DNA of 64,000 bases from Dehalococcoidia bacterium. Its GTDB lineage: Bacteria; Chloroflexota; Dehalococcoidia; UBA2979. Location: positions 71,365-135,364 of the forward strand of contig OZ219867.1 in the NCBI GenBank assembly GCA_964291495.2, read 5' to 3'. The first letter of the stretch is position 1, and each line of letters begins with the position of its first letter. The position numbers were made by a program, and so were the translations under genes. Under the pieces are notes generated by a model, which had not been told where the DNA came from, searched no databases, and worked only from the letters and a program-made list of their open reading frames with translations. Below, in pieces: positions 1 to 8,436 of this stretch.

Positions 1-607
1 CGGGCAGCATGCCGTAGGGCTCCGGGCGGTGCCGCACCACGGCGGCGAGCGGTAGCCCGACGACGAGCGCGACGATGCCCGAGGCGAAGGCAGCGTCGCG
101 CCAGCCGATGCTCTCGATTAGCAGCGCCATCGGCGTGGCGGTGAGGCCGCCGACGGCGAAGCCCATCGTGAGCACGCCGGTCGCCAGCACCCGCCGCCTG
201 CGGAACCAGTTGACGATTGCGACGAGTACCGAGAGGAAGCTCCCGAGGGAGGAGCCGATCGCGATCAGCGTGAAGGAAATGTAGAAGAGCGGCAGCGACT
301 CCACCCGGCTGAGCAGGATGAACCCGAGCGAGAACAGCAGCAGGCCGATGATCATCACCTTGCGCGGCCCGTAGGTGTCGATCACCCAGCCCTGGATCGG
401 CCCGAGCACGCCGCTCTCGATGCGCTGCGCGGCGAAGGCGAACGAGAAGGTCGTGCGGCTCCAGCCGAAGTCGGCCTGCATCAGCGCCACGTACGTCCCG
501 AACGAGTGGAACATCAGCACGCCGAACATGAACTGCGAGAGGAACCCGGCGGCGGCTATGTACCAGCCGTAGAAGATCTTCGGCCGACGGGCGCTCCAGG
601 CCGTCAC
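1..607 (-). CDS. MFS transporter (3' end beyond window)
   Basis: Manual translation of the minus strand from GTG at 607 (RBS GAGGGG): MTAWSARRPKIFYGWYIAAAGFLSQ...GWVIDTYGPRKVM (MFS motif A), with multiple TM helices. Not in the ORF track because it runs off the edge. Confidence 0.85.
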   Translation of the reverse strand, partial: MTAWSARRPKIFYGWYIAAAGFLSQFMFGVLMFHSFGTYVALMQADFGWSRTTFSFAFAAQRIESGVLGPIQGWVIDTYGPRKVMIIGLLLFSLGFILLSRVESLPLFYISFTLIAIGSSLGSFLSVLVAIVNWFRRRRVLATGVLTMGFAVGGLTATPMALLIESIGWRDAAFASGIVALVVGLPLAAVVRHRPEPYGMLP

Positions 608-631
608 ACTGCGCCCCTCACACTGCAACGC

Positions 632-3208
632 TCAAGTTGTGGCGAACTCCCTGCAGCGGATCGCGCGCTCGAGGTCGTCGTTGGCCTCGCGCAGCGAGCG
701 GGCGAGCAGCGGCAACCCGTCCCCGATCTCCTCAAGCAGCTCGCGCGAGCGGTCGAGCACGGCCTGCTCGATGCGGAAGTGGGGGAAGAGATTCGCGAAC
801 CAGGCGCGCGTGAACTCGTTCTGGCGCTCCGCGAAGACCTCGGGCGCGCGCTCGAAAAACTCCCAGGCCCACGGGTCGAGCAGCTCGCGCTGCACGTTCC
901 AGTGGAAGCCGCTCATCGCCGCGGCGGTGAGGTGCAGCGAGCCATAGCCCTCGCCGTGGATCCGCTCCCAGGCCTCCGCCTTCGCCTCCGCCGTGGGCGT
1001 CGCCACGGACGCGCGGATCGCTGCCCGCTCGCCGCGGTCCGAGGGGTCGCGCTCCCGCTCCGCCTCGACGCGCGCCTCGGCGCCCGCGACTCCGTGCGCG
1101 ATGGCGCGGGCCGCGATGTCCCAGCGCATCTCCTGGTCGATCGTGAGCCCGGGCGCGCTCAGCTCGCCGTCGGCGAGGCGGATCACGCGCTCGATGTCCT
1201 CGGGCGTGATCGAGACGCCGATCAGCGTGCGCGCCCAGATGATCCGCAGGTCGTTGCTCGCCGCGTCGGCAGGGAGTGCCTGCAACGCCTCCCAGCAGAC
1301 CTCGGCGAAACGGCGCGCCTGCTCATCGCGCTGGTCCGCCGGCACGTAGCGCGCGATCGCGGCGACCGCCGTCTGGAGGGCGCTCTCGATCAGCTCCGTG
1401 TCGGCCTCGTTCGCCAGCTTCGAGGCGACGAGGGGGAGGTAGTCGGTCGAGCGCAGCTGCTGGTCGCGCACCATGTTCCACAGCGCCTGCCCGATCAGCT
1501 GTCGCAGCAGCGGGTCGCCGACCCGCTCGAGGTGCTCGCTCACGTAGTCGAGCGAGCGGTCGTCGAGCGCGACCTTCACGAAGGCGTGATCGTTGTGGTT
1601 CGGCATCACGAGCTGCGGCGCGGCGCGGCCCGCGGCCGCCTCGACGACCGTCGAGACGCCCTCGACGGAGACCGGTAGCGTCTCGATCGCCGGTTCGCCG
1701 CCACCGTCATCGCCCTCGCCCACGAGGGCGAGATCGAGCTGGTGCGGGCGCAGGGTCGGGTAGTCCTCGGGCGCGGTCTGGCCGATCGAGAGACTGGCGA
1801 GGCGGCCGTCCTCGACCTCCCAGCTGGCGGCGAGCGTGTTCAGCGAGGCCGTCTCCAGCCAGAGGGCCGCCCAGCCGTGCAGGTCGCGCCCGGCGCCCTC
1901 GCCGATCGCGTCGAGGAACTCGGCGAGGGTGGTGTTGCCGAAGGCGTGGCGGCGGAAGTAGATGCGCATACCCTCGCGGAAGCCGTCCATGCCGACGGCC
2001 GCCACGAGCTGCTTGAGGACGGCGGCGCCCTTGCCGTAGGTGATGCCGTCGAAGTTGAGGAAGGTCTCGTCGGTGTCGCGCACCTGCCCGGCGATCGGGT
2101 GGGTGGTGACGAGCTGGTCCTGGCGGTAGGCCCAGGCCTTCATCCCGGAGTTGAACGCCTGCCAGGCCGTCTGGAAGCGCGTCGCCTCGACCAGCGCGAG
2201 GTAGGCCATGTAGGTGGCGAAGCTCTCGTTCAGCCAGAGGTCGTTCCACCAGCGCATGGTCACGAGGTTGCCGAACCACATGTGCGCCATCTCGTGCAGC
2301 AGCACCTCGGCCCGGCCGAGCCGCTGGTTGTCGGTCGGCGGGTCGCGGAAGACCATGCGCTCCGAGTGCGTGACCGCCCCGATGTTCTCCATCGCGCCGA
2401 AGTTGAACTCGGGCACGAAGATCTGGTCGTACTTGCCGAACGGGTAGGCGTAGTCGAAGAACTCGCCGAAGAAGTCCAGGCCCTGCTTCGTCACCTCGAA
2501 CAGCTCGTCCGCGTCGAGGTGCCGGACGAGCGAGCGGCGGCAGTAGAAGCCGAGCGGGACGCCTCGATGCTCGTCGCGGACGACGTGGTAAGGGCCGGCG
2601 ATCAGGGCGAACAGGTAGGTACTAAAGCGCTCCGCGGGCGCGTAGCGCCGCCGTAGCCGCCCGTCCTCGAGCGCCTCGCGCTCCAGCTCCGGGCCGTTCG
2701 CGATCAGCTCCCACTCCGCGGGCGCGTCGACCGTCAGGTCGTAGCTCGCCTTCAGGTCCGGCTGGTCGAAGCAGGGAAAGAGGCGGTGGGCGTTGTAGGG
2801 CTCGAAGTTGCTGTAGAGGTACTCGTCGCCGTCCTCGGGATCGACGAACTGATGGAAGCCGTCGCCGGTGTGGTCGTACTCGTGCTCGTAGCGCACGCGC
2901 ACGACGTTCTGTTCGCGCAGCGCCGAGGCGGGCAGAGGGATGCGGTACTCGCCGCTCGGCGGCTCGAGCTCCTCGCCGTTGACCTCGAGGCGCTCGATGC
3001 CGCCGCCGCGGTGGTCGAGGAAGACGCCGTCGTCGCCGCCTGAGGCGACATAAGCGAAGTGAACCGTCACGTCGCCTCGGTACGTGGACGCGCCCGCCGT
3101 GAGATCGAGGTGGATCTCGTAGCTGATGTCGGAGACGAGTCGCGCGCGGGCGATGGCCTCGTCCTGGCTGAGGACGTCGCGCGCGATCGGGGAGTCGTCG
3201 GGAGTCAT
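632..3208 (-). CDS. pepN: Aminopeptidase N (M1 family)
   Basis: GAMEN motif, HEMAH...E zinc motif (WWNDLWLNESFA), ITYGKG, ERAP1-like C-terminus, 858 aa. Confidence 0.95.
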   Translation of the reverse strand: MTPDDSPIARDVLSQDEAIARARLVSDISYEIHLDLTAGASTYRGDVTVHFAYVASGGDDGVFLDHRGGGIERLEVNGEELEPPSGEYRIPLPASALREQNVVRVRYEHEYDHTGDGFHQFVDPEDGDEYLYSNFEPYNAHRLFPCFDQPDLKASYDLTVDAPAEWELIANGPELEREALEDGRLRRRYAPAERFSTYLFALIAGPYHVVRDEHRGVPLGFYCRRSLVRHLDADELFEVTKQGLDFFGEFFDYAYPFGKYDQIFVPEFNFGAMENIGAVTHSERMVFRDPPTDNQRLGRAEVLLHEMAHMWFGNLVTMRWWNDLWLNESFATYMAYLALVEATRFQTAWQAFNSGMKAWAYRQDQLVTTHPIAGQVRDTDETFLNFDGITYGKGAAVLKQLVAAVGMDGFREGMRIYFRRHAFGNTTLAEFLDAIGEGAGRDLHGWAALWLETASLNTLAASWEVEDGRLASLSIGQTAPEDYPTLRPHQLDLALVGEGDDGGGEPAIETLPVSVEGVSTVVEAAAGRAAPQLVMPNHNDHAFVKVALDDRSLDYVSEHLERVGDPLLRQLIGQALWNMVRDQQLRSTDYLPLVASKLANEADTELIESALQTAVAAIARYVPADQRDEQARRFAEVCWEALQALPADAASNDLRIIWARTLIGVSITPEDIERVIRLADGELSAPGLTIDQEMRWDIAARAIAHGVAGAEARVEAERERDPSDRGERAAIRASVATPTAEAKAEAWERIHGEGYGSLHLTAAAMSGFHWNVQRELLDPWAWEFFERAPEVFAERQNEFTRAWFANLFPHFRIEQAVLDRSRELLEEIGDGLPLLARSLREANDDLERAIRCREFATT

Positions 3209-3308
3209 CTCCGCCTTTCTGGTGAGGTGGGCCTCGCGGCCGTTCGGCCGGACAAGTATACGGCCCCGCGCTGATCGCCCCAGCGGACGGGGCTCCGCGC
3301 GAGGGCGG

Positions 3309-3512
3309 CTACATCTCCTCGCGCTTGTCGCCGGAGAGGTAGGCGGCGGGGTCCTCCTCGAACGAGAGGCGGCAGCCGCGGGCGCAGAAGTAGTAGGTCT
3401 CGCCGTCGTGGATCGTGCTGCCGCCGGGCGGGTCGCCGCGGTCTACCTCCATGCCGCAGGCGGGGTCGATCGCGGGGCCGCGGCGGCGCAGCAGGTCAAG
3501 CAGGCGGGGCAT
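3309..3512 (-). CDS. YHS-domain small protein
   Basis: DPACGMEV...YYFCARGCRLSFEEDPAAY YHS signature; start re-called at ATG 3512. Confidence 0.85.
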   Translation of the reverse strand: MPRLLDLLRRRGPAIDPACGMEVDRGDPPGGSTIHDGETYYFCARGCRLSFEEDPAAYLSGDKREEM

Positions 3513-4284
3513 CGCTGGTGTTCCCCTCGGTGGCCGAGGCCGCATCGCGGCCCCGGCGCTGCTGCCGGATTCGTACGCCGGCGGTCACGGCGAGCACGAC
3601 CGCGAGGCCGTACCAGGTCAGAGCGTACTCGATGTGCGGCGTGGTGTTGCGATAGCCCTCGTAGCCGGTGACCGGCAGCTCGTCCGGCACGCGCCGCGGC
3701 TGCTGCTCGACTCGCTCGCCGGCGATCACGTACAGCGGCGCCACGGGGTAGGGCAGCGCCGCCGCGATCGCCTCGAGGCTGAAGCGGGTCCAGGCGCCAT
3801 CCTCGTTGCGCCGCGAGTCGGTGCTGCTGGCGGGCAGCGCGAGGCCCTCCCGCGGCGCGTCCACCTCGAGGCCCGCGAGTAACCGATGGCGCTCCGCCTC
3901 GAGGCCCGCGAGCACGCGATCGCGCTCCGCCGCGGGGTACCAGCCGCGATGCACGAGCAGAGCGGGTGTGATCCCCGGGCTCGTGAGCAGCGGCACATAC
4001 ATGTCCTCGCCGCGCAAGCCGAAGCGAGTCCGGTTGGCGACGATCTGCACGCGCTCGTAGTCCCACACGCCCACGAGGGCAACGCGCCGGTACTCGATGG
4101 CTTCGCCGCCGGGCATGGCCGCCTCGACGGAGTGGAGTGGGGGCGCGGCGATCGCCGCGTCGCGGTCCTCGATCAGCCCCTGCTTCCACTCGTTCCTCGC
4201 GAGCTGCCAGGTGCCGAGCCCAACCAGCACGACGAGCGCCGCGAGGACGAGCGCGAGCACGGCGGGGTTCTGGAAGCGGCGCAT
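3496..4284 (-). CDS. SURF1-family protein
   Basis: N-terminal TM then [16 protein letters not shown]-terminal [14 protein letters not shown]. Confidence 0.9.
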   Translation of the reverse strand: MRRFQNPAVLALVLAALVVLVGLGTWQLARNEWKQGLIEDRDAAIAAPPLHSVEAAMPGGEAIEYRRVALVGVWDYERVQIVANRTRFGLRGEDMYVPLLTSPGITPALLVHRGWYPAAERDRVLAGLEAERHRLLAGLEVDAPREGLALPASSTDSRRNEDGAWTRFSLEAIAAALPYPVAPLYVIAGERVEQQPRRVPDELPVTGYEGYRNTTPHIEYALTWYGLAVVLAVTAGVRIRQQRRGRDAASATEGNTSDAPPA

Positions 4285-4383
4285 GGATCGACTCTACCGC
4301 GAGCAGCCGTCACCAGCCCGCCGCCCCGCGGCCATGGCGTTCTGTATCCTCGGAGCCCCACCGACGCCACACGAGGAGTCCCG

Positions 4384-4932
4384 ATGCCCCGACTACCGAA
4401 CCTGACCTCGCGCAAAGACGTGCCGACCGAACTGGCGGAGACCTACGACCGCGTCGCGGAGCTGCGCGGCGGCCAGGTCTCAGGCCCGTACGGCATCCTG
4501 ATCCACTCGCCGGAGCTGGCCCTGCGCGCGGCGCAGCTGAGCCGCTACGTCCGCTGGGAGTCCGACCTCACGCCCGGCCAGCGCGAGACCGCGATCATCA
4601 CCGCCGCGCGCGAGCTCGACGCCGGGCTGATGTGGAACGCGCACGCGCGCCTCGCCCGCGAGGGCGGCGTCAGCGAGGCCGCGATCGAGGCGATCGGCCA
4701 TCGCACCGCCCTCGACGCGCTCGAGGACGGGGAGGCGGCGATCGTGCGCTACGTGCGCGAGCTGTTCGCCAACAACCGCGTGAGCGACGAGTCGTTCGGG
4801 GCGCTGCGCGCGCTCCTCGGCGATCAGGGCATCGTCGACCTGACCGGCCTGGTCGGCTACTACGTCCTCGTCGGCTTCACGCTCAACGCCTTCGAGGTCC
4901 CGCCGCCCGCCGGCGCGGAGCCGCTGCCGTAG
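4384..4932 (+). CDS. Carboxymuconolactone decarboxylase / AhpD-like protein
   Basis: [33 protein letters not shown] motifs; RBS GAGGAG before ATG 4384. Confidence 0.85.
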   Translation: MPRLPNLTSRKDVPTELAETYDRVAELRGGQVSGPYGILIHSPELALRAAQLSRYVRWESDLTPGQRETAIITAARELDAGLMWNAHARLAREGGVSEAAIEAIGHRTALDALEDGEAAIVRYVRELFANNRVSDESFGALRALLGDQGIVDLTGLVGYYVLVGFTLNAFEVPPPAGAEPLP

Positions 4933-4935
4933 GCG
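4884..4935 (+). repeat. 52-bp direct repeat, copy 1 (3' end of CMD gene)
   Basis: caacgccttcgaggtcccgccgcccgccggcgcggagccgctgccgtaggcg; matches 5801-5852 at 50/52. Confidence 0.95.
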
Positions 4936-4940
4936 GCGGG

Positions 4941-5762
4941 GTGGTCCGGCTTGCTCCAGGCCTGTTGGTGCTCGCGCTCGTCGTCGGGTGCGGTGTCGGC
5001 GGCTCCGCTCCGACGCCAACCTCGACACCCACGGCGGTTCTGACGCCGACCGCAACCCCGACGCCGCGCCCCACGGCGACTCCAACGCTGACGGCGACTC
5101 CAACGCTGACGGCGACTCCAACGCCGACGGCGGCTCCAACGCCACGCCCCACGGCGGCTCCAACGCCCACGGCGGCTCCAACGCCACGCCCCACGGCGGC
5201 TCCAACGCCCACGGCGACTCCAACGCCACGCCCCACGGCGACTCCAACGCCACGCCCCACGGCGACCCCGACGCCCACGGCGACTCCAACGCCACGCCCC
5301 ACGGCGATCCCGACGCCGACGGCGATGCCGACCCCTACCGCTACTCCGACGCCGACGGCGATGCCGACCTCCACGGCTACTCCGACCACCGCCGGAGCCC
5401 TCAGCGTCGAGGAGTATGCGAAGACGTGCGGCGAAACCCTCGCGGACGCGGAACAGCTGCTCTCCGAGGACCTGACCTGGGGCGAGGCGGCAGCCCTGCT
5501 CGGCAGTGCGCTCGACGACATGCGAAGCGTCGAGCCCCCTCCCGTGCTGCGCGACCATCACGACACGACCGTCGCCGCCATTGCGGGATTGAAGAGGCGC
5601 GTGGACCGCCTCGACCCGGAAGGTACGGTCAACGTCCTGCAGATTCTGCTACCGGCGCTCACCTTCATCAGACAGATCGAGGAAGCCGGGGACGCCCTCC
5701 CCCCGGACGTGCGCGCGACGCTCGATGTGGCCGGCTGTGCGCCGCCGGACCTCTTGGGGTAA
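4941..5762 (+). CDS. Putative lipoprotein with Pro/Thr-rich stalk and two-Cys C-terminal helical domain
   Basis: Signal peptide and lipobox LVVG-C, about 120 aa of PTATPT(PR) repeats, then [10 protein letters not shown]...LDVAGC; start GTG 4941 inferred. Confidence 0.75.
   Translation: MVRLAPGLLVLALVVGCGVGGSAPTPTSTPTAVLTPTATPTPRPTATPTLTATPTLTATPTPTAAPTPRPTAAPTPTAAPTPRPTAAPTPTATPTPRPTATPTPRPTATPTPTATPTPRPTAIPTPTAMPTPTATPTPTAMPTSTATPTTAGALSVEEYAKTCGETLADAEQLLSEDLTWGEAAALLGSALDDMRSVEPPPVLRDHHDTTVAAIAGLKRRVDRLDPEGTVNVLQILLPALTFIRQIEEAGDALPPDVRATLDVAGCAPPDLLG
5010..5390 (+). repeat. Coding tandem repeat (18/24-bp units encoding PTATPT / PTATPTPR)
   Basis: Repeated ccacggcg(a/g)ctccaacg(ccacgc) units; boundaries approximate. 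Confidence 0.9.
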
Positions 5763-5800
5763 CCCGAACCGAGTGAGCGCCAGCCGGGAACCTCGCCGGC

Positions 5801-5852
5801 CAACGCCTTCGAGATCCCGCCGCCCGCCGGCGCCGAGCCGCTGCCGTAGGCG
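5801..5852 (+). repeat. 52-bp direct repeat, copy 2 (orphan copy of CMD 3' end including stop)
   Basis: caacgccttcgagatcccgccgcccgccggcgccgagccgctgccgtaggcg. Confidence 0.95.
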
Positions 5853-5868
5853 CTCGCTGGAGGGCCAG

Positions 5869-7056
5869 CTACGGTGCTGGTTGGGGACGAACACCGATCG
5901 CTTCGAGGAAGTCACCCGCTCCCATGACCGGAATGCCGTAACGCCGGGCAGTGCGCGCCTTCCCGGACTGAGTCGCCGGGTCGGCAGCTACCAGCAGATC
6001 GCAGCCCTTCTTTGTGACCGATCCAATTGGCTGGAGTCCGGCTTGCGCCGCGCAATCTTCCAGGAAGTGCCTCGGTACCGAGGAGCCGCCGACAACGGCT
6101 TCGCCGGTGAAGCAGACGTGCATGCCGTCCCGAAGAGAGCTGGTCGAGGGCAGCTGAGTCACCTCCGGCATTGCCACGTCGCTGATTTCGAGGGCAGCCA
6201 TCACCTGGCCAATCAGCTGCTGTTCCGCTTCGGTCACGATGCCGTCGCGCTCGGCGGCGGCGATGATCGATGCGAGATAGGAACGGTGTGCCTCCTCGCG
6301 CCGTTCTTCGGAGATGCCCAGCCGTGAGGCGAAGTCCTTGATCGCCGCGTGCTCCTCGTCGTCGATGTAGTGGTCGTCGAGCACCCAGTCCAGCGCGTCG
6401 AGGTAGAGGAGCAGCGCCTCGTCGGAGTAGGGGTAGTGGGCGAGGGAGACGATGCGCGCCATCTCGCTCACTCCGGCGTCGGCAGTGTCTCGGCGCAGCG
6501 TTCGGGGGTTGGGCGCTTCGGGAAGGTAGCCGACCGTCACGGCGCTGCGGTCGGCCTGGCTCTCAGCTAGCACCTCACGGGCGAGAACAGCCGTTGCACG
6601 GGCATCGGCGAGCGCGCGGTGCTGATGATCGAGTGCCACCCGATACCTCTTGCATGCGGCGATGAGCTTCTCGCCGGTCGCGCGGTAGGTGCACATGCCC
6701 GTGCCCACGTTGAACGTCACGTCAAGGCGATCGAACTCGTACTCCAGCATTCGTGCGTCGAAAGGCAGGTTGTGCGCGATGAGGACCGAGCCATGGAGCC
6801 GGCGGGACAGTGCAGCGGCGATCTCCGCGAACGTCGGCGCCGCCTCGACCATCGAGGCCGTGATGCCGTGCAGCCCGGTGGGTCCGACATCACGCTCCGG
6901 GTTGATGAGCGTGTCGTACTCGTCGACCCGTTCCCAGGTGCGAGGATCGAGCGTGACGGCGGCGACTTCGACGATGCGGTCGTGCCTGCCGAGGCCGGTC
7001 GTCTCGCAGTCGATGACTACGAGCGGTGCGGCTGAGGACAATCCCAGCAAGGTCAC
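5869..7056 (-). CDS. DEDDh 3'-5' exonuclease (DnaQ-like) with TerB-like middle and C-terminal BRCT domain
   Basis: IDCETTG (ExoI), HNLPFD (ExoII), HRALAD (ExoIII); DHYIDDEE and DGIVTEAE TerB-like motifs; VCFTG...SVTKKGCDLLV...SGKARTARRYGIPV BRCT. Confidence 0.88.
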   Translation of the reverse strand: MTLLGLSSAAPLVVIDCETTGLGRHDRIVEVAAVTLDPRTWERVDEYDTLINPERDVGPTGLHGITASMVEAAPTFAEIAAALSRRLHGSVLIAHNLPFDARMLEYEFDRLDVTFNVGTGMCTYRATGEKLIAACKRYRVALDHQHRALADARATAVLAREVLAESQADRSAVTVGYLPEAPNPRTLRRDTADAGVSEMARIVSLAHYPYSDEALLLYLDALDWVLDDHYIDDEEHAAIKDFASRLGISEERREEAHRSYLASIIAAAERDGIVTEAEQQLIGQVMAALEISDVAMPEVTQLPSTSSLRDGMHVCFTGEAVVGGSSVPRHFLEDCAAQAGLQPIGSVTKKGCDLLVAADPATQSGKARTARRYGIPVMGAGDFLEAIGVRPQPAP

Positions 7057-7068
7057 CGCCCGCAGCCC

Positions 7069-8436
7069 CTACCCCGCGCCCGCCTCGATCCGCGCGACGA
7101 CCTCCGCCATGCGCTCGAGGTGCTGCTCGTCCACCTCGAGGATGGAGCCGCTTTCGAGGAAGACGTCGATCGGCTGGATCAGGGCGGCGCGCGACTCGGG
7201 CGGGGTGAGCATGATCGGCTCGCCGTCGATCACGCCGGCCTCGCGCAGCTCGGCGATCTTCGCGTCGTCGTAGCCGAGCAGCTCGCGCAGCACCTCGTCG
7301 GTGTGCTCGCCGATGTGCGGGGCCGGGCCGCGCGCGCCGTAGCCCTCGCCGTCGACGTGGGCCGGGAAGTAGCGCTGCACCGGCACGGTGGCGAAGCCAC
7401 GCACGGGTTGCGCGTCCCAGAGGCCGCGGGCGAGCAGGTGCTCGTTCTGCATCAGCTCGCGCGCGTTGAGCACTGCGCCCGCGGGCACGCCTGCCGCCTG
7501 CAGCTCCTCCATCGCCGTGAACTTGTCTCGCGAGGCCGTCCATTCGCCGATCGCGGTGTCGATCTCGTCGTGCTGCTCATGGCGGCCGGCCATCGTCGCC
7601 AGGCGGTCGTCGTCCAGCCAGGCAGCGTTGCCGGTGGCGCTGGCGAGGGCGGCCCACTGCGCCTCGTCGCGGACGCTGATCGCGATCCAGTCGTCCTCGC
7701 CGGCGCAGGGGTAGATGCCCCGCACGAGGCCCTCGCGGCGGTTGCCGCTGCCCGGGTGCAGCCGGCCATTCATCCAGTAGTCGTGGAACTGCGGGCCGAG
7801 CAACTGCAGCAGCCCCTCCTGCATCGAGACATCGATCTGCTGGCCGCGCCCGCTGCGCTCGCGGTGGTAGAGCGCGGTCAGGAGGCCGCCGAGGCCGTGG
7901 ATGCCGGCGAAGGGGTCGACCCAGGTGTTGCCGCTCTTGAGCGGCGGCTCGCCCTCGTAGCCGCTGACCGAGGAGATGCCGGAGGCCGGCTCCATGCCCA
8001 TGCCGAAGGCCGGGCTGTTGCGGCGCGGGCCGGTCTGGCCGTAGCCGCACAGGGACATCATGATCAGCCGCGGGTACTGGTCCTTGAGGTGGTTCCAGGA
8101 GAGTCCGAAGTTCTCCAGCACGCGCGGCGTGTAGCTCTCGATCAGCACGTCCGCGTCCTCCAGCAGCCCGCGCAGGATCGCGATGCCCTCGTCGCTTCCG
8201 AGGTCGAGCGCGAGCCCGCGCTTGGAGACGTTGCGCACGGTGTAGTACGGCGCGCGCTCCCAGTAGTTGCCGGTCGTGTCGTTCTGCGCGATGTAGGCCG
8301 TGCGGATGCGGTCCGGCACCGTCGGGCGCTCGACCTTGATCACGTCGGCGCCGAGGTCGGCGAGCACGCGCGCGGCGACGGGGCCGGCCCAGACCTGCGA
8401 GAGGTCGATGACGCGGAGGCCGTCGAACGGCTTCAT
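7069..8436 (-). CDS. Class III CoA-transferase (CaiB/BaiF), Asp-containing subunit
   Basis: LRVIDLSQVWAGP, LADLGADVIKVE, catalytic Asp in NTWVDPFAG; true start ATG 8436 overlaps the upstream stop (ATGA). Confidence 0.92.
   Translation of the reverse strand: MKPFDGLRVIDLSQVWAGPVAARVLADLGADVIKVERPTVPDRIRTAYIAQNDTTGNYWERAPYYTVRNVSKRGLALDLGSDEGIAILRGLLEDADVLIESYTPRVLENFGLSWNHLKDQYPRLIMMSLCGYGQTGPRRNSPAFGMGMEPASGISSVSGYEGEPPLKSGNTWVDPFAGIHGLGGLLTALYHRERSGRGQQIDVSMQEGLLQLLGPQFHDYWMNGRLHPGSGNRREGLVRGIYPCAGEDDWIAISVRDEAQWAALASATGNAAWLDDDRLATMAGRHEQHDEIDTAIGEWTASRDKFTAMEELQAAGVPAGAVLNARELMQNEHLLARGLWDAQPVRGFATVPVQRYFPAHVDGEGYGARGPAPHIGEHTDEVLRELLGYDDAKIAELREAGVIDGEPIMLTPPESRAALIQPIDVFLESGSILEVDEQHLERMAEVVARIEAGAG

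Noticed and set aside
5010-5390. Repeat array as a possible CRISPR
   Set aside because: Units are contiguous multiples of 3 with no unique spacers, they encode the Pro/Thr stalk, and no cas genes are present
4884-7056. Prophage, IS or integron call for the repeat-flanked region
   Set aside because: No integrase, transposase, terminal inverted repeats or attC-like site seen; reported only as a direct-repeat-bounded insertion
5869-7056. Gene symbol dnaQ
   Set aside because: Extra TerB-like/BRCT domains and the accessory context make orthology to the replicative epsilon subunit uncertain
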